From the NCBI RefSeq assembly GCF_009914755.1, contig NC_060935.1: a stretch of 64,000 nucleotides of DNA, one strand, 5' to 3'. The position numbers were made by a program, and so were the translations under genes. Every line of letters starts with the position of its first letter. Within the stretch, counting starts at the first letter, position 1. This DNA is from the human T2T-CHM13v2.0 reference genome, Homo sapiens. Shown piece after piece: positions 40,440 through 54,699 of this stretch. The notes under the pieces are model-generated. The model was not told where the DNA came from. It saw only the letters and a list, made by a program, of their open reading frames with translations, and did no database searches.

Positions 40440-43057
40440 TTAACTCGATTGCACCCAGGTAGGAGCCGCAGAGGTGGACGCCAGGCCAGGCGGGGTGGAG
40501 GTGGAGGTGGAGGAGGCCTTGAGGGAGGGTGGGACCCAGGGGGGTTGGGTGGTGCTCCACCTTCAGGGGAATTTCCAGGCGTCAGCAACCGCCACTTCTG
40601 TCCTAGAAGGATGAGGGAATGGGAATGAGTGAGGGTGGGGCCACCCGAAGAGTAATCCTCCCCCAGCCTCCCTCTCTCACGCAGCCCCTCACCCACCACC
40701 CCAGACTGAAGCCGTCACTGCGTCCTGAGGGTGCAGCAGCGGGAGGCACCTGCCACCCAGTCCCATGCTCACCCCTGGGACCACCTGGCTTCCTTTCAAT
40801 CCCCCCCCCCCACCGCCAGCGTCTTCCCAGCCAGCCTCACACGCCGCTCACGCTCGGGGCTCACGTGCACCCCAGCCAGCTCCGGCTTTTAAAGGGCCAG
40901 GCACCTCTGGGGGCAGTGCCAGGGGCCGGGGCCAGGGTGCCTACCGGAGCACCTCGACCTGGACAGCTGTGGTGACCATCCCCCACATCCTTCAGCACAG
41001 AGAGAGCAGCAGCCGGCACCTGCCCCCTTCGAGCTAGGGGCTGGGGTCCCGGGCGCCCTAAGACCCCCCGACCTGGGCTCAGCTATCCCAGGTATAGCTC
41101 TCCTCCCATGGCAGCTCCACCTAGGGCCTGCAGAGCTCCTCCCCACGATGCCCACACCCCCCACAGCCAGCCCCTTGCCCGCCCCTTCCTCCCCTCCACC
41201 CCTCCCAGGAGTTTCACTCATGGACACACAGAAGCCAGTGATGGGACCCCTGGAAGCCTTGGGGGTGGGGGATGGCTGGCCTTCTGAGGCCCCCTGTGGC
41301 TGGCACCCCCATCCACTACAGAGGAGGAGAGGACAGGCCTCTCCCACTAAGCAGCAAGGCTGGGGAGCCACAGCCAGCCTCAGGGGCCTCCCATAGGGTC
41401 ATGGCCATAAAATCCCAGCTTCGGGGGCCTTTCCCCCCTCCCTGGGCCCCCCAGAGGCCAGCTGTTTCACCCACCGGCAGCGCCGTTGCCCAGGGCCACG
41501 CGGCTGGCTCACACCCACAGATCCTCAGGGACTCGTAACCTTCACCTCGGCTTTCCAGGGCTGGGCCATCCACCACCGACCCCCGCTCCGCCACCTGCCC
41601 GCTGGTCCTGCTCTCACTCTGCCCCAGGCACTCACTCTGGATGGCTCTTCCACACTCCAGCCCAGCACTCACACAGAAGGGGAAGCTGCCGGGGGAGGAG
41701 GCGAGGGGCCGCAGGGATTGGCCGTGGGGCGGGGTGGGGCGGGCTTGGGTGGGGGGGCACTTTCTCTTTCACTTTGGGCAAGCAGAGGCTTCCGGCAGCC
41801 TTGAGAGGAGAGATGAGCAGGGGTGGGTCTGACTCAGGCTGACCTGGCACAGCGAGGCCACCCACCGACAGGGACCTCAGCGCGTGGCCACCACACCCCC
41901 AGCACACATGTGTTCCTGTCTGCTGCCTGTGGGTTGAACCCTATAGCATTTCCTGGCCTGGATCTGTCTAGGGCTGGTACTCTGAGAATGAGGCTTTCTC
42001 CGGGCCAGGGTACCCTGTATGTACCTGGACAGGGAATCCGGTGCTGTGGAGCAGAGATGGGCTAACACCCACTCGTGTCTGTGGGATGTGTGTCTGCTAG
42101 GGGCAGATGCATGTCAGGGAAGCCTCATGCTGGGCCACAAAAAAGGCCTGCTGTCCACAGGGAAGAGCTAGCTGGGTGCCAGAGGCCACTGTTGCCACCC
42201 ACAGGCCCTGCTCACCTGGCAGGTCCAGAGGGCACACGAGCTGGCATGCCCAGAGCCCTCTGCCCCACCACCCGTCCCACTCAGGGCTTCACCGTCAGAC
42301 CTGCCTTTCCCTGCCTCAGCCAGTGGTGGTGACAAGCTGACCTCTGAACTTCTACCTGATCCCTCCTAGCCCCCCCCACCCCTGCCGCCCCACTCTTCGG
42401 GTGCAGACTGGCCACAGCTCTCCGGGCTGCGCTGGGCCCTTCATCTCCACTCTAGTCCCTCCCAGGGGTGTACCCTGGCCCTCCAGGGACTGAGCAACCC
42501 CCTTCCTCCTGGGAGCCTATCTCCAGTCTGGGATGAGGACACCTGCATGATAGGGGCAATCCTGGAAGTCAGGCCGACCGAGGTGGGGAGCGGCCATTCG
42601 TCCCAAGAAGAGAAGCAGGCCCAGAGATCCCAGGGCGGAGAGGCAGGCCTGGGCCCGCACGTCACCCAGTGCAGCGGAGAGGAGCTTCTGGGTGGAGAAT
42701 GATGACAGTGAGGGGCTCTGCCTGGGGAAGAACCGGCAGGGGTTCCCTCTGAACGCCAACCCCGCCTTTCTCTGCCCTCACTCGGCAGTTCCCACCCCTG
42801 GTTTATGAGACAGCTGGCCAGGGCCCTCCCCCTGCACTGATGTTGCTATAGAAACCCTGCAGCCCCAGCCGGGCCCCGGGCTGTGAGCCGTCACTGTCCC
42901 CCCTTCATAGTCAGGTGAACTGAGGCCACAGGCAAGCCAGGGAGACAGCAGGAGAGCAGAGACCACCCCACAGGAAGATACCGCTGCTTCCGAATCTGCA
43001 GGGGTAAAATCCTCCACCCAAGAAGCCGCCAGGCTCCTCCTACCCCCAAGAAAGGCA

Positions 43058-43705
43058 ATGGGGGTGAGGCTCCGAGTCTGGCCGGCGGCTCCCCATTCAA
43101 TCTCCCGCTGTCCCCGTCCTCTTGGGGCGGTGCTTTCTATCCTGCTGGCTGGAGGGTCCCGGAAGGGGACTCCAACTGCGCGATGCCTCGGCCAGAGGAC
43201 AAAGGAGAAGCGGGTTGGGGGCCGCTCTCTGCGCTCGGAGGCCGGCTCAGGCCCCTGCCCTACTGCTGGGGCTCAGCCGACCGCTCCGTCCTCCGCCTGG
43301 CCACCGCGACTCCGGCCACGCACGTGTCCACAGATGTCCGGTGAACTCCCACGTGTGCGTCCCACACGGGTCGGCCTTTCTTCCTTGGGCTCGGGCCCCG
43401 GACACCCACCCTCGGGGACACGTATGTGCGGGGAGCGCGCCCGGAACCGTCGGGGCCGAGCACGGCGTCTCACGCCAGAGCAGCCGCGGATCGGAGCATC
43501 CGCTGGTCCAGGACCCCCCCTCCCGCCCGCCAGGCCACGTTGTTCGGGCAGCTGTCACCTCCCTCGGCCGCCGCAGCACCTCTCGCCCCCGCAGCCCGGC
43601 CGCGTTCGGATGGGCGCAGCAGAAGGGAGCCGCCGGGCAGACACTCACCACGCTCGCCGCCGCCGCCGCGCTCGCCTGCCCGCCCCGCGCTCGGCCAGCA
43701 CCTAG
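43058..43705 (+). CDS. PANO1: Proapoptotic nucleolar protein 1, 215 aa, intronless and Arg/Pro-rich
   Basis: ATG in strong context (GCAATGG); MGVRLRVWPAAPHS...HARRRRRARLPAPRSAST; AATAAA at 44597-44602. Length and position match PANO1 as I recall it; protein-level reality is less certain. Confidence 0.75.
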   Translation: MGVRLRVWPAAPHSISRCPRPLGAVLSILLAGGSRKGTPTARCLGQRTKEKRVGGRSLRSEAGSGPCPTAGAQPTAPSSAWPPRLRPRTCPQMSGELPRVRPTRVGLSSLGSGPGHPPSGTRMCGERARNRRGRARRLTPEQPRIGASAGPGPPLPPARPRCSGSCHLPRPPQHLSPPQPGRVRMGAAEGSRRADTHHARRRRRARLPAPRSAST

Positions 43706-44000
43706 GCGGGGAGGCGCGTCCGCTCGGCGCCGCGCGCGCTCCGCCCTCGGCCTCCTCCGGGCTTCGGCTCCCCCTCCTGGCCGTCGAGGCTACTGCGCCC
43801 AGCCAGGCCACAGCCACGCGCCCACCCGCCCCCTGGCCGTGGGTTCCCCCGGGCAGGGTGGCAGTTCTGCGCGCAGAGGCCGGGCCGCGCGTCCCCAAGG
43901 TCCTTTCTTGGTTTCCGGGCCTCAGGCCCCTGCAGGCACAAGGACCCGCGGGGCGCGGGCAGGTGGCAGAGCGCCGGTGGATGAGGGTGCCCTGGGGGAG
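43200..44000. promoter_or_regulatory. CpG island carrying the distal SLC25A22 first exon (donor at 43649/43648) and the PANO1 body
   Basis: Dense CpG, GTG|gtgagt on the minus strand, E-boxes CACGTG at 43321 and 43350. Confidence 0.8.
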
Positions 44001-44119
44001 GCGTGGCCTCCAGGGCAGACACAGGTGATCCGTGGAACTGCTGGGCCAGCGCAATGGAGAAGTGGAGGCACAACCCCACCCGCCGAACAGCGACTTTGTA
44101 TCCAAAGCACCCCACTTGG

Positions 44120-44418
<299 letters not shown>

Positions 44419-44738
44419 TTACTTTGTAGCACAGCTCCTCCCTCCCAGGAAGATGAGGACCCACAGGAGGCCCCAGGCACAGTGGGAGAGGACAGGACCA
44501 GGATGTGGGGCACCTGTGCACACAGGCCTCCCTCCCCGCAGGGGCCAGGCCTCTACCCCACCACCCTCCGCCCTCCAACGGCTTCTCCATCCAACAAATA
44601 AATCAAGCTCTGAGGTGAAAGAAACAGTGCAGTTTTGTTGCTCACAGGGACCCGTCCCCACACACTGGAGAGACTTGAAGGTGGGGGCTCTGCCCATCCA
44701 CTGGGGAATATCTGGGCCAGCCTAAAAGTCTGTGGGGC

Positions 44739-47700
44739 CTAGGCCTGGGCAGGCTCTGGGGGCTGTGGAGCCGAGGAGCCAGGCAGAGCGGGGTCCTTGG
44801 GGGCCAAGCCCATGCGTCGGATGCTGTCCTGGTACTTGCGGCGGCCGAGCTCCAAGACTGCGCGCACCTCTTCAGCCACGTCCTGCCGGTCACTCTGCTC
44901 CAGGGCCTGCACCAGGAGCCCCACAGCCCCTGGCTGCCCAGCCTGGCGCTCAGCCCAGGAGAAGAGCATGTGACGGATCTGCTCATCCAGATCATCCCTG
45001 CAGGCAGAGGATGGGCGACAGAGGGGTCCTGTCCACCTGCCCAGGACCCCCCACCACACTCTGCCTCGGAGTGTGGGGGAGTTCCCGGCTCCTGGGGCCA
45101 GCTGCGGCCAGACCTTTCCTTTCCAGCCTGGTGTTTGCCCTTCCCCCACCTCCCCTGGAAGAAACTTCTGTCAGAATCAGGTGGGCCCTCCAGGCAGCCA
45201 GGGCTCAGCCCTGGGGCTGGCAGCCAGCGGGCAGTGGGAGCCTCACCGGAACTCGTGCCGGATGCGCTGCACCTCCCGGTAGGACACCCCCAGGTGCAGG
45301 GCCACGGCTGGCCAGTCCAGACCCAGACGCCCAGCCACACTCAGCAGGTTGCTCTGCGTCAGAAAGCCGGTCTCGGCATCTCCCAGATTCAAGGGTGCCA
45401 AGGAGAGGCCAGCCCCCCGCCGTGGCCCCTCGGACCCTCGAAGTCTCTGTTGGAAGGAAAAAGTGCATTAAGCCCTGGGCTCCACCCCCAACTCCACCAT
45501 GTCACCCTGGTCACCCCTGGGCCTCGGTCCTGCCCCGCCCCTCTGCTGTCCCTCAGTCCCACCGGCAGCTTGATGGGCAGAGTGGCCATCCACAGGGCGT
45601 CTGCGCCCTTCCTCTGCCGGGCAGCCTCAGCCTCCTCGGGCACCCGCACAGGCACCGCGCCACGGTAGAAGGACACCTGAAGGGGCATCGAATGGGGTTC
45701 GGAGTTCGGTCCTCTGCCCAAGCGGCCTGGGGGGCCTCTCCCCTCACCCACTCCCCTCGCCCACCTGGCCCCGCACAGCCTGAGCCTCCCGGTCCAGAGT
45801 GGTGGTCACGTATACCTCCTTCACATTCTTCAGGTGCGAGTAGAAGACAAAGCAGATTCTGCCCTCCACACAGTCAGGGCGGTCTAGGGGACAGGGGTGG
45901 GCTGAGCAAGGAGGGCATGGGGAGGACGGTAAGGCTCCCCCTCCAGGGCAGGGAGCATCCACCAGCATCCCTACCAGCATCCACGTCGATGCCGCGCTCG
46001 AAGGCCGCAAAGAACTCTTCGCCCTCGAACATCTCCACCGTGTCAGAGGGCTCGGGGCCCCGGTACCGCTCCAGCAGCCGCCGAAGGGTGGCGTCCACCT
46101 GCGGGGAAGCCCGTGCAGCTCAGGACCCAAAGCTCTGCACCCCACCCCAGCCCTCTGGTCACCACCCTGCTGCCCTCCGGCCCGTGCCCCCACCTTGTTT
46201 CGGGGCAGGCACTGCAGCAGGACCTGCTCAGGGTCCCGGCGCCGCTGCAGAGCGATGAGGTTCACACGGTGCAGCCGCAGCCGCTCCCAGGCCTTCCGAG
46301 CCAGGCCTCCCACACAGTTCTTGGTGGTGTACCAGAGCCAGTACCTGGGAGAGCTGGGGGTGAGGAGGGCTGTACAGACTGGGGGAGGGGGGCTGAGAAA
46401 GCTGGGGGGCACTGACCAGGAGAAGTGTGTGACCTGGAAGCGTGCGTACAGGTGGGTGAGCTCCAGGACCACCTGAGCTGTGATGTCATCCCAGGTGGCT
46501 GCAGGAGGGGCCCAGTACAACAGGTGCAGGCGGGAGCGGTCCAGACTGAGGCCTGGGGATGGGAGGGGCAGCGAGCTGAGGCCTCCTGGCCGGAGACCCC
46601 CTCCACCCTATGGCCACAGGTCCAGGTATGCCCCATGGCTGCCTCTCACCTGTGATGCCAGAGGGCAGAGGCAGCTGCACGGTGACCGGTTGGAGGAAGC
46701 TGGGGGGACCGCTCTGTGACAGGCACAGCAGGGGGCTCACTGCAGCCTCTGGTTCTCCCAGGAGGGCCTGCAGCTCTCGGCCAGCCATGCGCACCACCTG
46801 GGGCAGACAGGCCCCCTGAGCACCTGCCTGTGGGCTGAGGCGCGGCCTGCCACCCTCAGTGCTGTCCTGGCCATACCTGCATGGAGACTCGACGAGGCTC
46901 CTCAGTGGCCCCAGGGGGGAAGATGACTTTGACCCCAGGATGACCCGAGGAGCACAGCAGTGTCCCCTCCGGTGGCACCAGGCAGGCATTGGACACAGGG
47001 CGGGAAACCACAAGGAACCAGGAGAAGTGGGGCACCTGGCAGTGAGCCCAGAGCCGCTGGGATGGGGGGAGAGAGGAGGTCACAGGAGCCTGGGTCAGGG
47101 CACAGCCAGTCAGGGACACAGGGAGCAGGATCCAGGAGAGACGGGGCGGGGTGGAAGGTGCCAGGGACACAGGGAGCAGGATCCAGGAGGGACGGGGTGG
47201 GGTGGAAGGTGCCAGGGACACAGGGAAGCAGGATCCAGGAGGGACGGGGTGGGGTGGAAGGTGCCAGGGACATAGGGAAGCAGGATCCAGGAGGGACGGG
47301 GCAGGGTGGAAGGTGCCAGGGTGAGGCTCTGGGCAGAGGTGCACGGCTCAGGGCAGCAGCTCTCCACTCGCCACCGGCAGGCCTGGGTGGCCCTCACCTG
47401 GGGTGCCTCTTCCTCCAGGTAGGTCTCCAGGTCACCCCAGCTGTTGTCATTCCGGGTCCTGACCACCACTTCACGGCAGCGCCGGGCCTGCGGTGGGGTG
47501 AAGAGCAGCCACAGCCCCACATCCTGCCAGACAAGGATGGTGTGAGCGCTGGAGCCACGCCCGGGCCCGCACACTGCCCCTGCCATGCCCTGGCCCACAC
47601 ACTGCCCCCGCCACGCCCTGTCCATGCCTGCTGGAAGGCCACCCCATGGGGCTGCAGCTCCAGCACATGGCTGAGCAGGGCGTCATGAGGACCCAGGGGG

Positions 47701-49821
47701 ACGAGGCCTGGCTCCGGCAGCAGCAGCCGATAGCGGATGGTGATGGGGGTGGCGGTGGCTCCCGCTGGGAACTGCAGGCGGACGCCACAGGCCAGGGTCA
47801 CTGAGCAGCCTCGAGGGGTCACAGGAAAGCTGAGTGAGGAAGGAGCGAGCAACAGGTTAGACCCAGAAGGGCCTACGTGTTGGAGCCTGGACCCAGGAAC
47901 TCTGGAGAAGGTGTCGGAGGGGCCAGAGTGACAGGCAGACAGACTCCCCTCCAGCCCCCTCAACCCACCCCATACCTGTCCAAATCTGAGGTCAGGAACA
48001 GTCTGGGCATTTCTGGAATGAGGGCTGCCACTGTGCAGGGGACAGACATGTGCTCAGGACAGTGAGGAGACTCATGTCCTATCCCAGGTCTGCCCCTTCT
48101 AGCACCAAGCCTACCTGGTGAACTCGGGGCGTCTGGCGAGGCCTCACCCAGGGGGTTCCCCTGCAGGCGCACAAAGGGGGCGTCTAGCAGCTCAGGGGGC
48201 AGGTCCCGGAGCTGGTTGTCCCTCAGGTCGAGCCGGGTGAGGAGTGGAAGGCGGGCCAAGTCAGCTGGCACAGAGGCCAGGAGGTTGCTGTGCAGGACAA
48301 GGAGCCGCAAGGACCGAAGTCCCGCTGCGGGCAGGTGCTGGCTTAGGCTTGGCACCAGCCCAGCCCACGGCGCTGGGACACTCCTGCTGCCGCCTCCCAG
48401 AGCAGCTGTTTCAGACTCTCCTCCACAGCTGGGCTCAGAGAACTCTGACGAAGCCACTGAGGGAGTCTCAAAGGCCAGGGAGGTGGAGGGACAACCAAGA
48501 GGCAGCTGTGGACCAAGCCTGTGGGTGCAGAGGCCCCTGCAGAAGACAGGCAGGCTTCAGGGACCCTCCCGTGGGGCCAGTGTGTCGGGGCGCAGGGGCT
48601 ACTCACCCAGAGAGGCTGGGAGGCTCTGCAGCCGGTTGGAGGCCAGGTTGAGCTCCAGGAGGCTGCCCAGGCCTCCAATCTCAGGAGGTAGCGTGTCCAG
48701 CAGATTCTGAGAGAGATCGAGGCGCTGCAGGGTGGATAGGGCCCCCAGTGCTGGGGGCAGCGTCTGCAGGCGGTTGTGTGTCACTGTGAGGAAGGTGAGG
48801 GCGGGGAGGGCCCCCAGAGCCTCAGGCAGCTCAGAGAGGCAGTTGTGAGACAGCAAGAGCGCACCCAGACCTCGCATCTGCAGGACACAGGCCGGCAGTG
48901 TCTCCAGGCTGTTGAAGCTCAGGTCCAGGTGGGCCAGATGGGCCAGGCCACTCAGACCAGCGGGCAGGTTGGTCAGGGCACCCCGGAGACAGGCACCCAG
49001 TGTGTCCCGGCGTTGCCCTCCTGGGAAGGGGGGAGGCGGATGTGGCCCTCAGAGCCAGGGTCCGAGGTCCCAGATCGACCCTGCCAGCCAGAGAAACAGC
49101 TGCTCGAGAGGCACAGACCTCCCACCCCACCCCCACCCCAGCCAGACAGGGACAGACAGACAGAAACACTGGAGAGGTGCCCGCAAATGGAAGGAGGCAG
49201 GGGTGGAGACCACCGGCTCATCTCAGCTGACAACCATCACCCACAACCTTCCCCAGGAACAACATCTGCACTGTGGTCTGGAGAGACCCCCACTGGGCAG
49301 CGTCAGGGTCCAGGAGCCAGGGCCCAGCCAGCCCCACACTGGGGGTGGTGATCACCGAGGATGGCGATGGGGCTGGACAGGACCAAGAGCAGAACAGTTC
49401 ACACCTGGGGAGCCGGGAGGGGCGGCCTGGAGCTGGGGCTGGGACTGGGGTTTGCCTTTGAGAACATGCAGCAGAGGCAGGGCAGAGCGAGAGATGGAGA
49501 CAGGGCCCAGAACAGGTGGAACTCACCTTTGAGGACCAGGGAGCGGAGGCAGGACAGGCTCTGAGGCAGCTGGGCCAGGGTGGCCTCCAGCAGCTGAGGG
49601 TCCTCGTGAGTGCTCAGACGCAAGAATTCCACCTGCAGCAGCTGAAGAGGCTGCTGGACACACAGGTGCAGCAGCTGCTGGCAGCCCCCGGGGTACAGGT
49701 CCAAGCTCAGCCGGTTGCCGCCCAGGAAAGGCAGCGCCCTGGACCCTGCGTCCGAATCCTCTGAAGCATCTCCTGCGGCAGCAGCTGCCTCCAGCTCTGG
49801 CCCCTCCACCGTTGCAGCCAT
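44739..49821 (-). CDS. PIDD1: p53-induced death domain protein 1 (LRR-ZU5-ZU5-UPA-DD), 910 aa
   Basis: Exons at 49821-49527, 49020-48607, 48324-48115, 48030-47976, 47829-47628, 47523-47398, 47056-46877, 46797-46650, 46552-46417, 46344-46194, 46098-45975, 45883-45765, 45676-45563, 45446-45247 and 44997-44739 total 2733 nt. Contains LRRs, two HFSW autoproteolysis motifs and a death domain. Non-coding exon 1 donor at 50612. Confidence 0.99.
47111..47321. repeat. 51-52-bp x4 G-rich VNTR in the PIDD1 intron between exons 47523-47398 and 47056-46877
   Basis: cagggacacagggagcaggatccaggagggacggggtggggtggaaggtgc at 47111, 47162, 47213 and 47265. Confidence 0.95.
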
Positions 49822-49852
49822 CGCCCACCGACGGTCCTTGGAGGCCAGACAT
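48831..49852 (-). CDS. altPIDD1: upstream overlapping out-of-frame ORF in PIDD1 exons 2-3, 171 aa
   Basis: ATG at 49852 (31 nt upstream of the PIDD1 ATG). 49852-49527 plus 49020-48831 gives 516 nt: MSGLQGPSVGDGCNGGG...PGPQRRATPGHTG...AVSQLPL*. Confidence 0.8.
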
Positions 49853-49874
49853 GTCCCAGCACGCAGGCAGGCCT
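49847..49874 (-). promoter_or_regulatory. p53 response element in the PIDD1 exon 2 5'UTR
   Basis: AGGCCTGCCT-(8 nt)-GGACATGTCT; the second half-site is a perfect RRRCWWGYYY. Confidence 0.85.
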
Positions 49875-50299
49875 GTCCAGGCAGCGCCCGGGGAAGCTGC
49901 AGAGGCAGGAGGAGGAGTGAGCGGGAGCCGGGGTGGGCCCTTCTCTTTGGGGAAACAGGGACTCTGGATGGAGTGGGGAGCTCTAGAGCCAGGCCATCTG
50001 GGCCTGGGCTGCAGAGTGGGGGAGACCTTGTGGTCACCCTGAACCCCGGAGGCCTGGGTCACCACTGGAAAGAGGGTTGGGGAATGGGACCGCCATGGCT
50101 CGCAGGAGCACCGGGCAGGGAGACCTCGCTATGAGCAGCAAAGCCGGGGTAGTGAGGCTTCAGTCCTGGTCCTGGAAATCTGGCCAATGGAGCCGTGGAG
50201 CTGCGAGGTCATAGGGGCTGTTCCCCAGTCCTGGAGATGAGTCCCCCTTCTATTTACATCCGTTTTACCAGGAAGGCCGTGACCCTCCCCTACCGCGGG

Positions 50300-51050
50300 G
50301 GTGACTGCGCCCCGAAAGTCAGGGAAGGCCGTGTAAGGGTGAGGGCCTGGGGCGTGAGCCATTGGGCAGCTTCGGGGTCCTGGGGCCGGGACCCCAATTC
50401 GTGAGCCCCGGAGGAAACCTCTCCCGGCCTTTCCAGTTCGGTCCACTGGGGAGGGTGGTGCACCGCGCACCGCTCAGACGGCGTGGGGGGCGGGCCCCAG
50501 CCCCGAGGCAGGCTCGGGATCCCCCGGGCGTCGGGGATGGGAACGGCCCCCAGCCTCCCAAAAGCAAACGTGTCCCCGCCGCCCCCTCCGCCCGCCCAGG
50601 CCGGCGCGTACCTGCGCTGCAGGCGGCGCGCAAAGGGTGGCTGCTCAGCGGGCGCTCGGCGCCTGGAATCCCGCCGGCGCGTTTCTGGGTGGGCGGGGAC
50701 TGCAGACCCCGCCCCTTGGGCCCCGCCCCCTCGGAACGCGCCCCCTCCGCCGGGCTGGGGTCCACGGGGGAGGTCTCCCGGCTCCTCCCCGACCCGCCTT
50801 CCCTCCGCCTGTCGCAGCCCCGGAGACGCGGACGCGACCCGTCCATCTGCCAAGCCGCCCGCGCAGCTGCGCTCGGCTTCCTGTTAGTCCGCGGGGTCGG
50901 AGCCGTACAGCCTCCCCCGCCCGGAAGGCCACGAAACCCGCCCTTTCCGAGGTTCTCGGGGCCCCGGGCCGCTCCGAGGCAGACCCGGCCCCAGGTGCGT
51001 TCCCAGGCCGTGGTGACGGGGATACTCTTGCCGCTGCCCCGCACCCACCC
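50300..51050 (-). promoter_or_regulatory. PIDD1: PIDD1 CpG-island promoter and exon 1
   Basis: Dense CpG, GC boxes near 50690-50730, donor CAG|gtacgc at 50612. Confidence 0.8.
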
Positions 51051-51237
51051 CTGCTACAAGCCGGAACAATTGCAGTGTCCTTTCCAAACCAGCCCAAACG
51101 GCCTCCTCCGGGAAGCCTGCCAGGACCTCCTCTCTGGGCCTGCAGAGACCCTTCCTTTCGAGCCATCACTCTGGGCCAGAAGCAGTGAGCCTCCTGGCAC
51201 TGTCTCCTTCAATCGCGCAGGGGAGAAGGAGGCGTTA

Positions 51238-54290
<3,053 letters not shown>

Positions 54291-54699
54291 GTTCCAGTGC
54301 TTGACGTATACACACCCCAGGGTTTGCACTGCTGTTAGAGCCCAACGGGAGCTGGCGCTGCCTGCTAACACGGTAGATACCTGCATCTGACCCTGTTCCT
54401 GGTGCTCGCCCGGGATATTGGCAGGGATGGCTCCTTCTCATCTCTCAGCTCAAGCTTTCTCAGGCTGCCCAGAGGACCAAGTCTCCCTCTGTCCCTGTCC
54501 TTCGGATCGCCTCCCTATTCACCTCCTGCGTCCTCGCACAAGAACTCAAGTCCTTAGGAGGCAGGGCCAACCCTGTTCCCTCCCAGGACCCGAGAATGTA
54601 GCGGGGTCCCTGAGGTGCTGATGTCCACATGGACACCGAGGTCAGTTCCGGGCCAAAGCGGCCAGCGCAGGGGCTGACCACTCAGACCTCACTCCTCGC

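Noticed and set aside
40990-41012. REST/RE1-like TTCAGCACAGAGAGAGCAGC
   Set aside because: Only the left half matches; the right half lacks GGACAG at the correct spacing.
44732-46258. 508-aa + strand ORF antisense to PIDD1
   Set aside because: GTG start, Pro/Gly/Arg/Ser-rich low complexity and no recognisable domain. Explained by stop-codon scarcity in GC-rich antisense sequence.
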